A DNA stretch of 64,000 nt, from contig CM059438.1 of NCBI GenBank assembly GCA_030390025.1, positions 58,468,001 to 58,532,000 of the forward strand, in the 5' to 3' direction. Both the position numbers and the translations under genes were made by a program. Under the pieces are notes generated by a model. The model had not been told where the DNA came from, searched no databases, and saw only the letters and a program-made list of their open reading frames with translations. This document shows positions 52,201-64,000 of the stretch, in pieces (within the stretch, counting starts at the first letter, position 1; each line of letters opens with the position of its first letter). This DNA comes from Squalus acanthias (taxonomy: Eukaryota).

Positions 52201-55200
52201 GGTCCAGGCAGACTCTGTGAATGGAGCTAGGTACAGACAGACTGTGGGAATGGAGCTGGGTACAGACAGACACTGGGGAATGGAGCTGGGAAGAGACAGA
52301 ATCTGGGAATGGAGCTGGGGACAGACAGACTCTGGGGAATGGAGCGTTGTACAGATAGAATCCAGGGAGGGATCTGGTTACAGACAGACTGGGGAATGGA
52401 GCGGGGTACAGACAGATTCTGTGGAATAGAACAGCGTACAGACTTTGGGGAATGGAGCTGGGTACAGGCAGACTGCGAATGGAGAAGGGCTCGATGAATG
52501 GAGCTGTCTACAGTCAGATTCTGGGGAATGAAGCTGGGTACAGACAGACGCTGGGTAAAGACATTTGTAGAGAGAGGCTCGGGAATAGAGCTGGGTCCAG
52601 GCAGCCTCTAGGAATGGCGCAAAGTACAGACAGACTCTGGGTAAAGGCATTTGTACAGACAGGCTCTGGGAATGTAGCTGGGTCCAGGCAGACTCTGTGA
52701 CTGGAGCTAGATACAGACAGACTGTGGGAATGGAGCTGGGTACAGACAGACTCTAGGAATGGAGCTGGTTACAGACAGACTCTAGGAATGGAGTTGGGTA
52801 CAGTCAGACAGGGGAATGGAGTTGGGTACAGACAGAATCTGGGAATGGAGCTTGATACAGACAGATTGGGGAAAGGAGTTGTTTACAGACAGACTCTGGG
52901 AAATGGAGTTGTGTACAGACACACTCTGGGAAATGGAAGTGGGCTCTTACAGACTCTGGGAATGGAGCTGGGTACATACCGACTCTGGGTATTAGAGTTG
53001 GTACAGACAGACTCTGGGAATGGAGCTGTGTCCAGGCAGACACTGGGAATGGATCTAGGTACATACAGACTCTGGGAAAGGAGCTTGGTACAGACAGACT
53101 CTGGGTAATGGAGTTGGTACAGACAGACTCTGGGAATGGGTGTTCGTACAGACAGACTCTGGGAATGGAGCTGTGTCCAGGCAGACACTGGGAATGGATC
53201 TAGGTACATACAGACTCTGGGAAAGGAGCTTGGTACAGACAGACTCTGGGTAATGGAGTTGGTACAGACAGACTCTGGGAATGGGTGTTCGTACAGACAT
53301 ACTCTGGGTAATGGAGTTGGTACAGACAGACTCTGCGAATGCAGTTGGGTACAGACAGACTGGGAAATGCAGCTGGGTACAGACAAACTTGGGAAATCAG
53401 CTGGTTACAGACAGACTCTGTGGAATGGAGCCGGGTGCAGACAGACTCTGGGAAGGGGAACTGGGTACAGGAAGACACTAGGAAGGAGCTGGGTACAGAC
53501 AGACTCTGGGAATGGAGTTGGGTATAGTCAGACTCTGGAGGAAGAAGCTGGGGATAGGCAGACTCTGGAGAATGGATCTTAGTACAGGCAAACTGGGTAA
53601 TGGAGCTGTGTACAGACAGACTGGGGAATGGAGCTGGGTACAGACAGACTCTTGGTAATGGAGCTGGGTACAGACAGACTCTTGGTAATGGAGCTTTAAC
53701 AGACAGACTCTGGAAATGGAGCTGGTTACAGGCAGGCTGGGGAATGGTGCTGGATACAGACAGACTCTGGGAATGGAGTTGGGTACAGACTGACACTGCG
53801 AATGGAGCCGGGTACAGCCAGGAACTTGGAATGGAGCTGAGTACAGACAGATTCTGGGATTGGAGCTGAGTGCAGGCTGTCTCCGTGAATAGAGCAGTGT
53901 ACAGACAGACTCCGGGAATGGAGCTGGGCATAGACAGACTCAGGAAATGGAGCTGGGTACAGTCAGACTCTGGGGAATGGAGCTGGGCACAGACAGACTC
54001 TGGGAATTGAGCTGGGTACAGACAGACTCTGGGAATCGAGCTGTGTACAGACAGAATCTTGGAATGCAGATATGTCGAGAGAGACTCTGGGAATGGAGCT
54101 GGGTACAGTCAGACTCTGGGAATCGAGCTGTGTACAGACAGACTTCTTGAATGGAGCAGGGTACAGACAGACACACGGGAATGGAGCTGGGTACAGATAG
54201 TATCTTGGAATGCAGATATGTAGAGCGAGACGCTGGGAATAGAGCTGGGTACAGTCAGACTCTGGGAATCGAGCTGTGTACAGACAGACTTCTTGAATGG
54301 AGCTGGGTACAGACAGACACTGCGAATGGAGCCGGGTACAGCCAGGAACTTGGAATGGAGCTGAGTACAGACAGATTCTGGGATTGGAGCTGAGTGCAGG
54401 CTGTCTCCGTGAATAGAGCAGTGTACAGACAGACTCCGGGAATGGAGCTGGGCATAGACAGACTCAGGAAATGGAGCTGGGTACAGTCAGACTCTGGGGA
54501 ATGGAGCTGGGCACAGACAGACTCTGGGAATTGAGCTGGGTACAGACAGACTCTGGGAATGGAGATGGGTACAGAGAGACACTTGGAATCGAGCTGGGGA
54601 TAGACAGTCTCTGGGATTGGAGCTGGCTACAGACAGACTCTGGTGAATTGAGCTGTGTACAGACAGATGCTGGGGAAGGGAGCAGGGTACAGACAGACTC
54701 TAGGAATGGAGCTGGATACAGACAGACTCCGATAATGCAGCTGAATACAGACAGACTCTGGGAATGTAGCTGGGTACAGACAGATTGCGGAATGGTGCTG
54801 TGTACAGACAGACTTCTGGAATGGAGCTGGGTACAGACAGACACTGGGAATGGAGCTGGGTACAGACACACTCTGGGAATGGAGCTGGGTACAGATAGAC
54901 TCTGGGAATCGAGCTGGGTACCGACAGACTCTGGGGAATGGAGCTCGGTACAGACAGATTCTTGGAATGGAGCTGGGTACAGACAGACTCTGGGAATGGA
55001 GCTGGGTACAGAGAGACTCTGGGAATGGAACTGCATACAGACAGACTCTGGGAATGGAGCTGGGTACAGACAGACTCTGTGAATCGAGCTGGGTACAGAC
55101 ATACTCCGGGAATGGAGCTGGGTACAGTCAGACTCTGGGGAATGGAGCTGGGTACATACAGACACAGGCGAAGGGAGCAGGGTACAGACAGACCCTGGGA

Positions 55201-58200
55201 ATGGCGCTGGGTACAGACAGTCTGGGGAATCAAATCTTGTTACACACAGACTCTGGGGAATGGAGCTGTGTACAGACATACACTTGGGAATAGAGCTGGG
55301 TACAGACAGACTCCGTGAATGTAGCTGAGCACAGACAGATTCTGGGAATGGAGTTTGGTACAGACAGACTACCGGAATGGAGCTGGGTATAGTCAGACTC
55401 TGCTGAATTGAGCTGGATACAGATGGATGCTGGGAAAGGGAGTTGGGTACAGACAGACGCCGAGAATGGAGCTGGGCACAGACAGACTCTGGGAATGAAG
55501 CTGGGTACAGACAGAGTCTGGGAAAGGAGCTGGGTACAGACAGACTCTGGGGAAATGTACTGGGTACAGACAGAAACTGGGAATGCAGATAGGTAGAGAG
55601 AAACTCTGGGAATGGAGCTGGGTATAGTCAGACTCTGGGAATCGAGCTGTGTACAGACAGAATCTGGGGAACGGAGATGAGTACAGACAGATTCTATGAA
55701 TGGAGCTGGGAACAGATAGACTTGGGAATGGAGCTGGTACAGACTGACTCTGGGAATGGAGCTTGGAAAACACAGAATCTGGGAATGCAGCTGGGTACAG
55801 ACAGATTCTGGGGAATGGAGCTGGATACAGACAGATTTTGAGAATTCAGATAGGTAGAGAGAAACTCTGGGAATGGAGCTGGGTACAGTCAGACTCTGGG
55901 AATCGAGCAGTGTGCAGACAGAATCTGGGGAACGGAGATAAGTACAGACAGATTCTCTGAATGGAGCTGGGAACAGATAGACTTGGGAATGGAGCTGGGT
56001 ACAGACAGACTCTGGGAATGTTACTGGGTACAGACAGACGCTTGGAATGGAGCTAAGTACAGACAGACTGGGGAATGGAGCTGTGTACAGACAGAAGCTG
56101 GTGAATTGAGCTGTGTACAGACAGATGCTGGGGAAGGGAACAAGGTACATGCAGACTTTGGGAATGTAATTGGTTACAGACAGACTCTGGGAATGGAGCT
56201 GGATACAGACAGACTCCAGTAATGCAGCTTGGTACAGACAGACTCTGGGAATGTAGCTGGGTGCAGACAGACTCTGGGAATGGAGCTGAGAGCAGGTACA
56301 CTTTGTGAATAGAGCAGGGTACAGACAAACTCCGGGAATGGAGCTGGGCACAGTCACACTCTGGGAATGGAGCTGGGAGAACGACAGACTCTGGGGAATG
56401 GAGCTGTGTACAGACAGAATCTGGGAATAAAGATATGTAGAGAAAGAGTCTTTGGAATGGAGCTGGGTACAGTCAGACACTGGACATCTAGCTGTGTGCA
56501 GACAGACTTCTTGAATGGAGCCTGGTACAGACAGACTGCAGAATGGAGCTGGATACAGACAGACTGTGGGAATGGAGCTGGGTGCAGTCAAATGCTGGAG
56601 AAGGGAGCTGGGTACAGACGGAGTCTGGGAATGGAGCTGGGTACAGACAGACACTGGGGAATAGAACAGCGTACAGACTCTGGGGAATGGAGCTGGGTAC
56701 AGGCAGATTATGGGATTGGAGAAGGGTACAGATAGACTGGGGAGGGGAGCTGGGTGCAGACAGACCGGGGAATGGAGCTTGGTACAGAGAGACTGGGGAA
56801 CGGAGCTGGGAACAGAAAGACTATTGGAATGGAGCTGGGTACAGAGAGACTGGGGAATGGAGCTGGGAACAGACAGACTCTGGGAATGGAGCTGGGTACA
56901 AATAGACTCTGGGAATGGAGCTGGGTACAGAGAGTCTGGGGAATGGAGCTGGGTACAGACAGACACTGGGAATGGAGCTGGTTACAAATAGACTCTGGGA
57001 ATGGAGCTGGATCCAGGCAGAATCTGGAAATGGAGCTGGGTGCAGAAAGGCTCGTTGAATGAAGCTGGGTACGGACAGATTCTGGGGAATGAAGCTGGGT
57101 ACAGACAGACTCTGGGTAAAGGCATTTGTATGGAAAGGCTCTGGGAATGGAGCTGGATCCAGGCAGACTCTGGGAATGGAGCTAGGTACAGACAGACTCT
57201 GGGAATGGAGCTGGGTACAGGCAGACTCTGGGGAATGGTGCTGGGTGCAGAAAGATTCTGGGAATGGACCTGGGTACAGACAGATTCTGGGGAATGAAGC
57301 TTGGTACAGACAGACTCTGGGGAATTGAGCAAGGTACAGACAGATTCTGGGGAATGAAGCTGGGTACAGACAGACTCTCGAAAAGGAGCTGGGTACAGAC
57401 AGACTGGGGATGGAGCTGGGTTCCGAAAGACTGGGGAATGGAGCTGGGTACAGACAGACTCTGGGAGTGGATAATAGTACAGACAGACTGGGAAGGGAGC
57501 TGGGTGCAGACAGACGGGTCAATGTAGCTCGGTACAGAGAGACTGGGGAATGAAGCTGGGAACCGACAGACTCTGGGAATGGAGCTGGGTGCAGAGAGAC
57601 ACTGGGAATGGAGCAAGGTACAGATAGACTCTGGGAATGATGCTGGATCCAGGCAGAATCTGGAAATGGAGCTTGCTGCAGAAAGGCTCGTTGAATGGAG
57701 CTGGGTACAGACAGATTCTTGGGAATGAAGCTGAATACAGACAGACTCTGGAAAAGGAGCTGGGTACAGACAGACTTCGGAATGGAGCTTGGTACAAACA
57801 GACTCTGGGGAATGGAGCAAGATACAGACAGATTCTGGGGAATGAAGCTGAGTACAGACAGACTCTCGAAAAGGAGCTGGGTATAGGCAGACTGGGGAAT
57901 GGAGCTGGGTTCAGACTGACTGTGAAATGCAACTGGGTATAGAGAGACACTGGGAATGGAGCTGGGTGCAGACAGACTGGGGAAAGGAGCTGGGTTCAGA
58001 TTGACTGTGAAATGCAGCTGGGTAAAGACGGACTCTGGGAATGGATCTAGGTACAGACAGACCTTGGGAATGGAGTTGGGTACAGACAGACTCTGGGGAA
58101 AGGAGCTAGGTACAAACAGACCCTGGGGAATTGAGCTGGGTACAGACAGACTCTGGGAAGGGAGCTCGATACAGACAGATTCTGGAGAAAGGAGCTGGGT

Positions 58201-61200
58201 ACGGACAGATTCTGGGAATGGAGCTGTGTACAGACAGACACTGGGAATGGAGCATTGTACAGACAGACTCTGGGAATGGAACTGGTTACAGACAGACTGG
58301 GGAATGGAGCTGGGTACAGACAGACTCTGGGGAATAGAACAGCGTACAGACTCTGGGGAATGGAGCTGGGTGCAGACAGATCGGGAAATGGAGAAGGGTA
58401 CAGTCAGACTGGGAATGGAGAAGGGTACAGATAGACTGGGGAAGGGAGCTGGGTGCAGACAAACCGGGGATTGGAGCTGGGTACAGACAGACTCTGGGAA
58501 TGGAGCTGGGTACAGACAGACTCTGGGAATGGAGCTGGGTACAGACAGATTCTGGAAATGGAGCTGGGTACAGACAGACTCTGGGTAAAGTCATTTGTAC
58601 AGAGAGGCTCTGGGAATGGAGCTGGGTCCAGGCAGACTCTGGGAATGGAGCTGGGTACAGACAGACTCTGGGAATGGAGCTGGATACAGGCAGACTCTGG
58701 GAATGGAGCTGGGTACAGACAGACTCTGGGAATGGAGCTGGGTACAGACAGACTCTGGGAATGGAGCTGGGTACAGAGAGACACTGGGAATGGAGCTGGG
58801 TACACATAGACTCTGGGAATGGAGCTGGATCCTGGCAGAATCTGGAAATGGAGCTGGGGGCAGAAAGGCTCGTTGAATGGAGCTGGGTACAGACAGATTC
58901 TGGGGAATGAAGCTGTGTATAGACAGACTCTGGGTAAAGGCATTTGTACAGGAGGCTCTGGGAATAGAGCTGGGTCCAGGCAGACTCTGTGAATGGAGCT
59001 AGGTACAGACAGACTGTGGGAATGGAGCTGGGTACAGACAGACACTGGGGAATGGAGCTGGGAAGAGACAGAATCTGGGAATGGAGCTGGGGACAGACAG
59101 ACTCTGGGGAATGGAGCGTTGTACAGATAGAATCCAGGGAGGGATCTGGTTACAGACAGACTGGGGAATGGAGCGGGGTACAGACAGATTCTGTGGAATA
59201 GAACAGCGTACAGACTTTGGGGAATGGAGCTGGGTACAGGCAGACTGCGAATGGAGAAGGGCTCGATGAATGGAGCTGTCTACAGTCAGATTCTGGGGAA
59301 TGAAGCTGGGTACAGACAGACGCTGGGTAAAGACATTTGTAGAGAGAGGCTCGGGAATAGAGCTGGGTCCAGGCAGCCTCTAGGAATGGCGCAAAGTACA
59401 GACAGACTCTGGGTAAAGGCATTTGTACAGACAGGCTCTGGGAATGTAGCTGGGTCCAGGCAGACTCTGTGAATGGAGCTAGATACAGACAGACTGTGGG
59501 AATGGAGCTGGATACAGACAGACTGTGGGAATGGAGCTGGTTACAGACAGACTCTAGGAATGGAGCTGGGTACAGACAGACTCTAGGAATGGAGTTGGGT
59601 ACAGTCAGACAGGGGAATGGAGTTGGGTACAGACAGAATCTGGGAATGGAGCTGGATACAGACAGACTCTGGGGAAAGGAGCTGGGTTACAGACAGACTC
59701 TGGGTAATGGAGTTGTGTACAGACACACTCTGGGAAATGGAGCTGGGTACAGGCAGACTCTGGGAATGGAGCTGGCTACAGACCGACTCTGGGTAATGGA
59801 GTTGGTACAGACAGACTCTGGGAATGGAGCTGAGTCCAGGCAGACACTGGGAATGGATCTAGGTACAGACAGACTCTGGGTAAGGAGCTTGGTACAGACA
59901 GACTCTGGGTAATGGAGTTGGTACAGACAGACTCTGGGAATGGGTGTTCGTACAGACAGACTCTGGGAATGGAGCTGTGTCCAGGCAGACACTGGGAATG
60001 GATCTAGGTACATACAGACTCTGGGAAAGGAGCTTGGTACAGACAGACTCTGGGTAATGGAGTTGGTACAGACAGACTCTGGGAATGGGTGTTCGTACAG
60101 ACATACTCTGGGTAATGGAGTTGGTACAGACAGACTCTGCGAATGCAGTTGGGTACAGACAGACTGGGAAATGCAGCTGGGTACAGACAAACTTGGGAAA
60201 TCAGCTGGTTACAGACAGACTCTGTGGAATGGAGCCGGGTACAGAGAGACTCTGGGAAGGGGAACTGGGTACAGGAAGACACTAGGAAGGAGCTGGGTAC
60301 AGACAGTCTCTGGGAATGGAGTTGGGTATAGTCAGACTCAGGAGGAAGAAGCTGGGGATAGGCAGACTCTGGAGAATGGATCTTAGTACAGGCAAACTGG
60401 GTAATGGAGCTGTGTACAGACAGACTGGGGAATGGAGCTGGGTACAGACAGACTCTTGGTAATGGAGCTGGGTACAGACAGACTCTTGGTAATGGAGCTT
60501 TAACAGACAGACTCTGGAAATGGAGCTGGTTACAGGCAGGCTGGGGAATGGTGCTGGATACAGACAGACTCTGGGAATGGAGTTGGGTACAGACTGACAC
60601 TGCGAATGGAGCCGGGTACAGACAGACTGCAGAATGGAGCTGGGTACAGACAGACTATGGCAATGGTGCTGGGTACAGAGAGACTCTGGGGAATGGAGTT
60701 GGGTACTGACAGACACTGGGGAATGGAGCTGGGTACAGACTGACACTGCGAATGGAGCCGGGTACAGCCAGGAACTTGGAATGGAGCTGAGTACAGACAG
60801 ATTCTGGGATTGGAGCTGAGTGCAGGCTGTCTCCGTGAATAGAGCAGTGTACAGACAGACTCCGGGAATGGAGCTGGGCATAGACAGACTCAGGAAATGG
60901 AGCTGGGTACAGTCAGACTCTGGGGAATGGAGCTGGGCACAGACAGACTCTGGGAATTGAGCTGGGTACAGACAGACTCTGGGAATCGAGCTGTGTACAG
61001 ACAGAATCTTGGAATGCAGATATGTCGAGAGAGACTCTGGGAATGGAGCTGGGTACAGTCAGACTCTGGGAATCGAGCTGTGTACAGACAGACTTCTTGA
61101 ATGGAGCAGGGTACAGACAGACACACGGGAATGGAGCTGGGTACAGATAGTATCTTGGAATGCAGATATGTAGAGCGAGACGCTGGGAATAGAGCTGGGT

Positions 61201-64000
61201 ACAGTCAGACTCTGGGAATCGAGCTGTGTACAGACAGACTTCTTGAATGGAGCTGGGTACAGACAGACACTGCGAATGGAGCCGGGTACAGCCAGGAACT
61301 TGGAATGGAGCTGAGTACAGACAGATTCTGGGATTGGAGCTGAGTGCAGGCTGTCTCCGTGAATAGAGCAGTGTACAGACAGACTCCGGGAATGGAGCTG
61401 GGCATAGACAGACTCAGGAAATGGAGCTGGGTACAGTCAGACTCTGGGGAATGGAGCTGGGCACAGACAGACTCTGGGAATTGAGCTGGGTACAGACAGA
61501 CTCTGGGAATGGAGATGGGTACAGAGAGACACTTGGAATCGAGCTGGGGATAGACAGTCTCTGGGATTGGAGCTGGCTACAGACAGACTCTGGTGAATTG
61601 AGCTGTGTACAGACAGATGCTGGGGAAGGGAGCAGGGTACAGACAGACTCTAGGAATGGAGCTGGATACAGACAGACTCCGATAATGCAGCTGAATACAG
61701 ACAGACTCTGGGAATGTAGCTGGGTACAGACAGATTGCGGAATGGTGCTGTGTACAGACAGACTTCTGGAATGGAGCTGGGTACAGACAGACACTGGGAA
61801 TGGAGCTGGGTACAGACACACTCTGGGAATGGAGCTGGGTACAGATAGACTCTGGGAATCGAGCTGGGTACCGACAGACTCTGGGGAATGGAGCTCGGTA
61901 CAGACAGATTCTTGGAATGGAGCTGGGTACAGACAGACTCTGGGAATGGAGCTGGGTACAGAGAGACTCTGGGAATGGAACTGCATACAGACAGACTCTG
62001 GGAATGGAGCTGGGTACAGACAGACTCTGTGAATCGAGCTGGGTACAGACATACTCTGGGAATGGAGCTGGGTACAGGCAGACTCTGGGAATGGAGCTGG
62101 GTACATACAGACACAGGCGAAGGGAGCAGGGTACAGACAGACCCTGGGAATGGCGCTGGGTACAGACAGTCTGGGGAATCAAATCTTGTTACACACAGAC
62201 TCTGGGGAATGGAGCTGTGTACAGACATACACTTGGAATAGAGCTGGGTACAGACAGACTCCGTGAATGTAGCTGAGCACAGACAGATTCTGGGAATGGA
62301 GTTTGGTACAGACAGACTACCGGAATGGAGCTGGGTATAGTCAGACTCTGCTGAATTGAGCTGGATACAGATGGATGCTGGGAAAGGGAGTTGGGTACAG
62401 ACAGACGCCGAGAATGGAGCTGGGCACAGACAGACTCTGGGAATGAAGCTGGGTACAGACAGAGTCTGGGAAAGGAGCTGGGTACAGACAGACTCTGGGG
62501 AAATGTACTGGGTACAGACAGAAACTGGGAATGCAGATAGGTAGAGAGAAACTCTGGGAATGGAGCTGGGTATAGTCAGACTCTGGGAATCGAGCTGTGT
62601 ACAGACAGAATCTGGGGAACGGAGATGAGTACAGACAGATTCTATGAATGGAGCTGGGAACAGATAGACTTGGGAATGGAGCTGGTACAGACTGACTCTG
62701 GGAATGGAGCTTGGAAAACACAGAATCTGGGAATGCAGCTGGGTACAGACAGATTCTGGGGAATGGAGCTGGATACAGACAGATTTTGAGAATTCAGATA
62801 GGTAGAGAGAAACTCTGGGAATGGAGCTGGGTACAGTCAGACTCTGGGAATCGAGCAGTGTGCAGACAGAATCTGGGGAACGGAGATAAGTACAGACAGA
62901 TTCTCTGAATGGAGCTGGGAACAGATAGACTTGGGAATGGAGCTGGGTACAGACAGACTCTGGGAATGTTACTGGGTACAGACAGACGCTTGGAATGGAG
63001 CTAAGTACAGACAGACTGGGGAATGGAGCTGTGTACAGACAGAAGCTGGTGAATTGAGCTGTGTACAGACAGATGCTGGGGAAGGGAACAAGGTACATGC
63101 AGACTTTGGGAATGTAATTGGTTACAGACAGACTCTGGGAATGGAGCTGGATACAGACAGACTCCAGTAATGCAGCTTGGTACAGACAGACTCTGGGAAT
63201 GTAGCTGGGTGCAGACAGACTCTGGGAATGGAGCTGAGAGCAGGTACACTTTGTGAATAGAGCAGGGTACAGACAAACTCCGGGAATGGAGCTGGGCACA
63301 GTCACACTCTGGGAATGGAGCTGGGAGAACGACAGACTCTGGGGAATGGAGCTGTGTACAGACAGAATCTGGGAATAAAGATATGTAGAGAAAGAGTCTT
63401 TGGAATGGAGCTGGGTACAGTCAGACACTGGACATCTAGCTGTGTGCAGACAGACTTCTTGAATGGAGCCTGGTACAGACAGACTGCAGAATGGAGCTGG
63501 ATACAGACAGACTGTGGGAATGGAGCTGGGTGCAGTCAAATGCTGGAGAAGGGAGCTGGGTACAGACGGAGTCTGGGAATGGAGCTGGGTACAGACAGAC
63601 ACTGGGGAATAGAACAGCGTACAGACTCTGGGGAATGGAGCTGGGTACAGGCAGATTATGGGATTGGAGAAGGGTACAGATAGACTGGGGAGGGGAGCTG
63701 GGTGCAGACAGACCGGGGAATGGAGCTTGGTACAGAGAGACTGGGGAACGGAGCTGGGAACAGAAAGACTATTGGAATGGAGCTGGGTACAGAGAGACTG
63801 GGGAATGGAGCTGGGAACAGACAGACTCTGGGAATGGAGCTGGGTACAAATAGACTCTGGGAATGGAGCTGGGTACAGAGAGTCTGGGGAATGGAGCTGG
63901 GTACAGACAGACACTGGGAATGGAGCTGGTTACAAATAGACTCTGGGAATGGAGCTGGATCCAGGCAGAATCTGGAAATGGAGCTGGGTGCAGAAAGGCT
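49299..64000 (+). repeat. Higher-order repeat D: LINE-free units (49299-56073, 6775 bp; 56074-63021, 6948 bp; partial third from 63022)
   Basis: Matching variant strings and ORF-track entries at 49592/56367/63315, 49935/56710/63658, 52378/59150 and 54151/61101. Confidence 0.9.
52985..53335 (+). repeat. 145-bp (5-monomer) local tandem duplication; also ~59790-60140
   Basis: GGGTGTTCGTACAGAC and GTCCAGGCAGACACTGGGAATGGATCTAGG recur at 145-bp spacing (53136/53281; 59940/60085). Confidence 0.8.

Larger units (their letters stand above)
46531..64000 (+). repeat. Same 29/30-bp satellite, right segment; runs off the window end
   Basis: Continuous monomers. Region-specific variants (GGGTAAAGGCATTTGTA, GAAAGGCTCGTTGAAT, GGATCCAGGCAG) appear from ~50230. 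Confidence 0.98.

Noticed and set aside
13..63939. Hundreds of repetitive ORFs (MELGTDRLW..., SVPSSIP..., CTQLHS...) as a repeat-protein gene
   Set aside because: They occur in all six frames, derive from a stop-free monomer, are constantly frameshifted by 28/29/30-bp variation and have no unique domain.
1..64000. CRISPR array (29-30 bp repeat)
   Set aside because: Monomers abut directly with no unique spacers, there are no cas genes, and the context is a vertebrate LINE.
1..64000. Human satellite II/III (GGAAT)n or telomeric (TTAGGG)n relationship
   Set aside because: There is only one GGAATGGA per monomer, and no pentamer or TTAGGG arrays were seen.
1..64000. Hammerhead ribozyme satellite (newt or schistosome type)
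   Set aside because: The monomer lacks the CTGANGA and GAAA core boxes with flanking helices and is too short.

Overview
This window is eukaryotic, almost certainly cartilaginous-fish (shark/ray), repetitive DNA with no credible host gene. About 58 kb is one head-to-tail, single-orientation satellite of roughly 2000 diverged monomers. The consensus is GGGAATGGAGCTGGGTACAGACAGACTCT (29 bp), with common 28- and 30-bp variants in the G run or CTCT. It is interrupted only by three near-identical, 5'-truncated, nonsense-bearing CR1-clade LINE fragments of ~1.9 kb (29535-31439, 37199-39103, 44629-46533) with a shark HER1/HE1-type 3' tail. The three LINEs are one old insertion that was later triplicated as part of a ~7.5-kb higher-order repeat (26861-49298). 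This repeat is followed by a related LINE-free ~6.8-6.9-kb higher-order repeat (49299-64000) and preceded by a patchwork of 1-10 kb duplications. The hundreds of repetitive ORFs are artefacts, because the consensus monomer has no stop codon in any of the six frames. I found no firm evidence of a new functional system. The most noteworthy things are the LINE-carrying macrosatellite with mappable breakpoints, the layered satellite architecture and, speculatively, an endonuclease-less RT ORF co-amplified inside a G-rich array.
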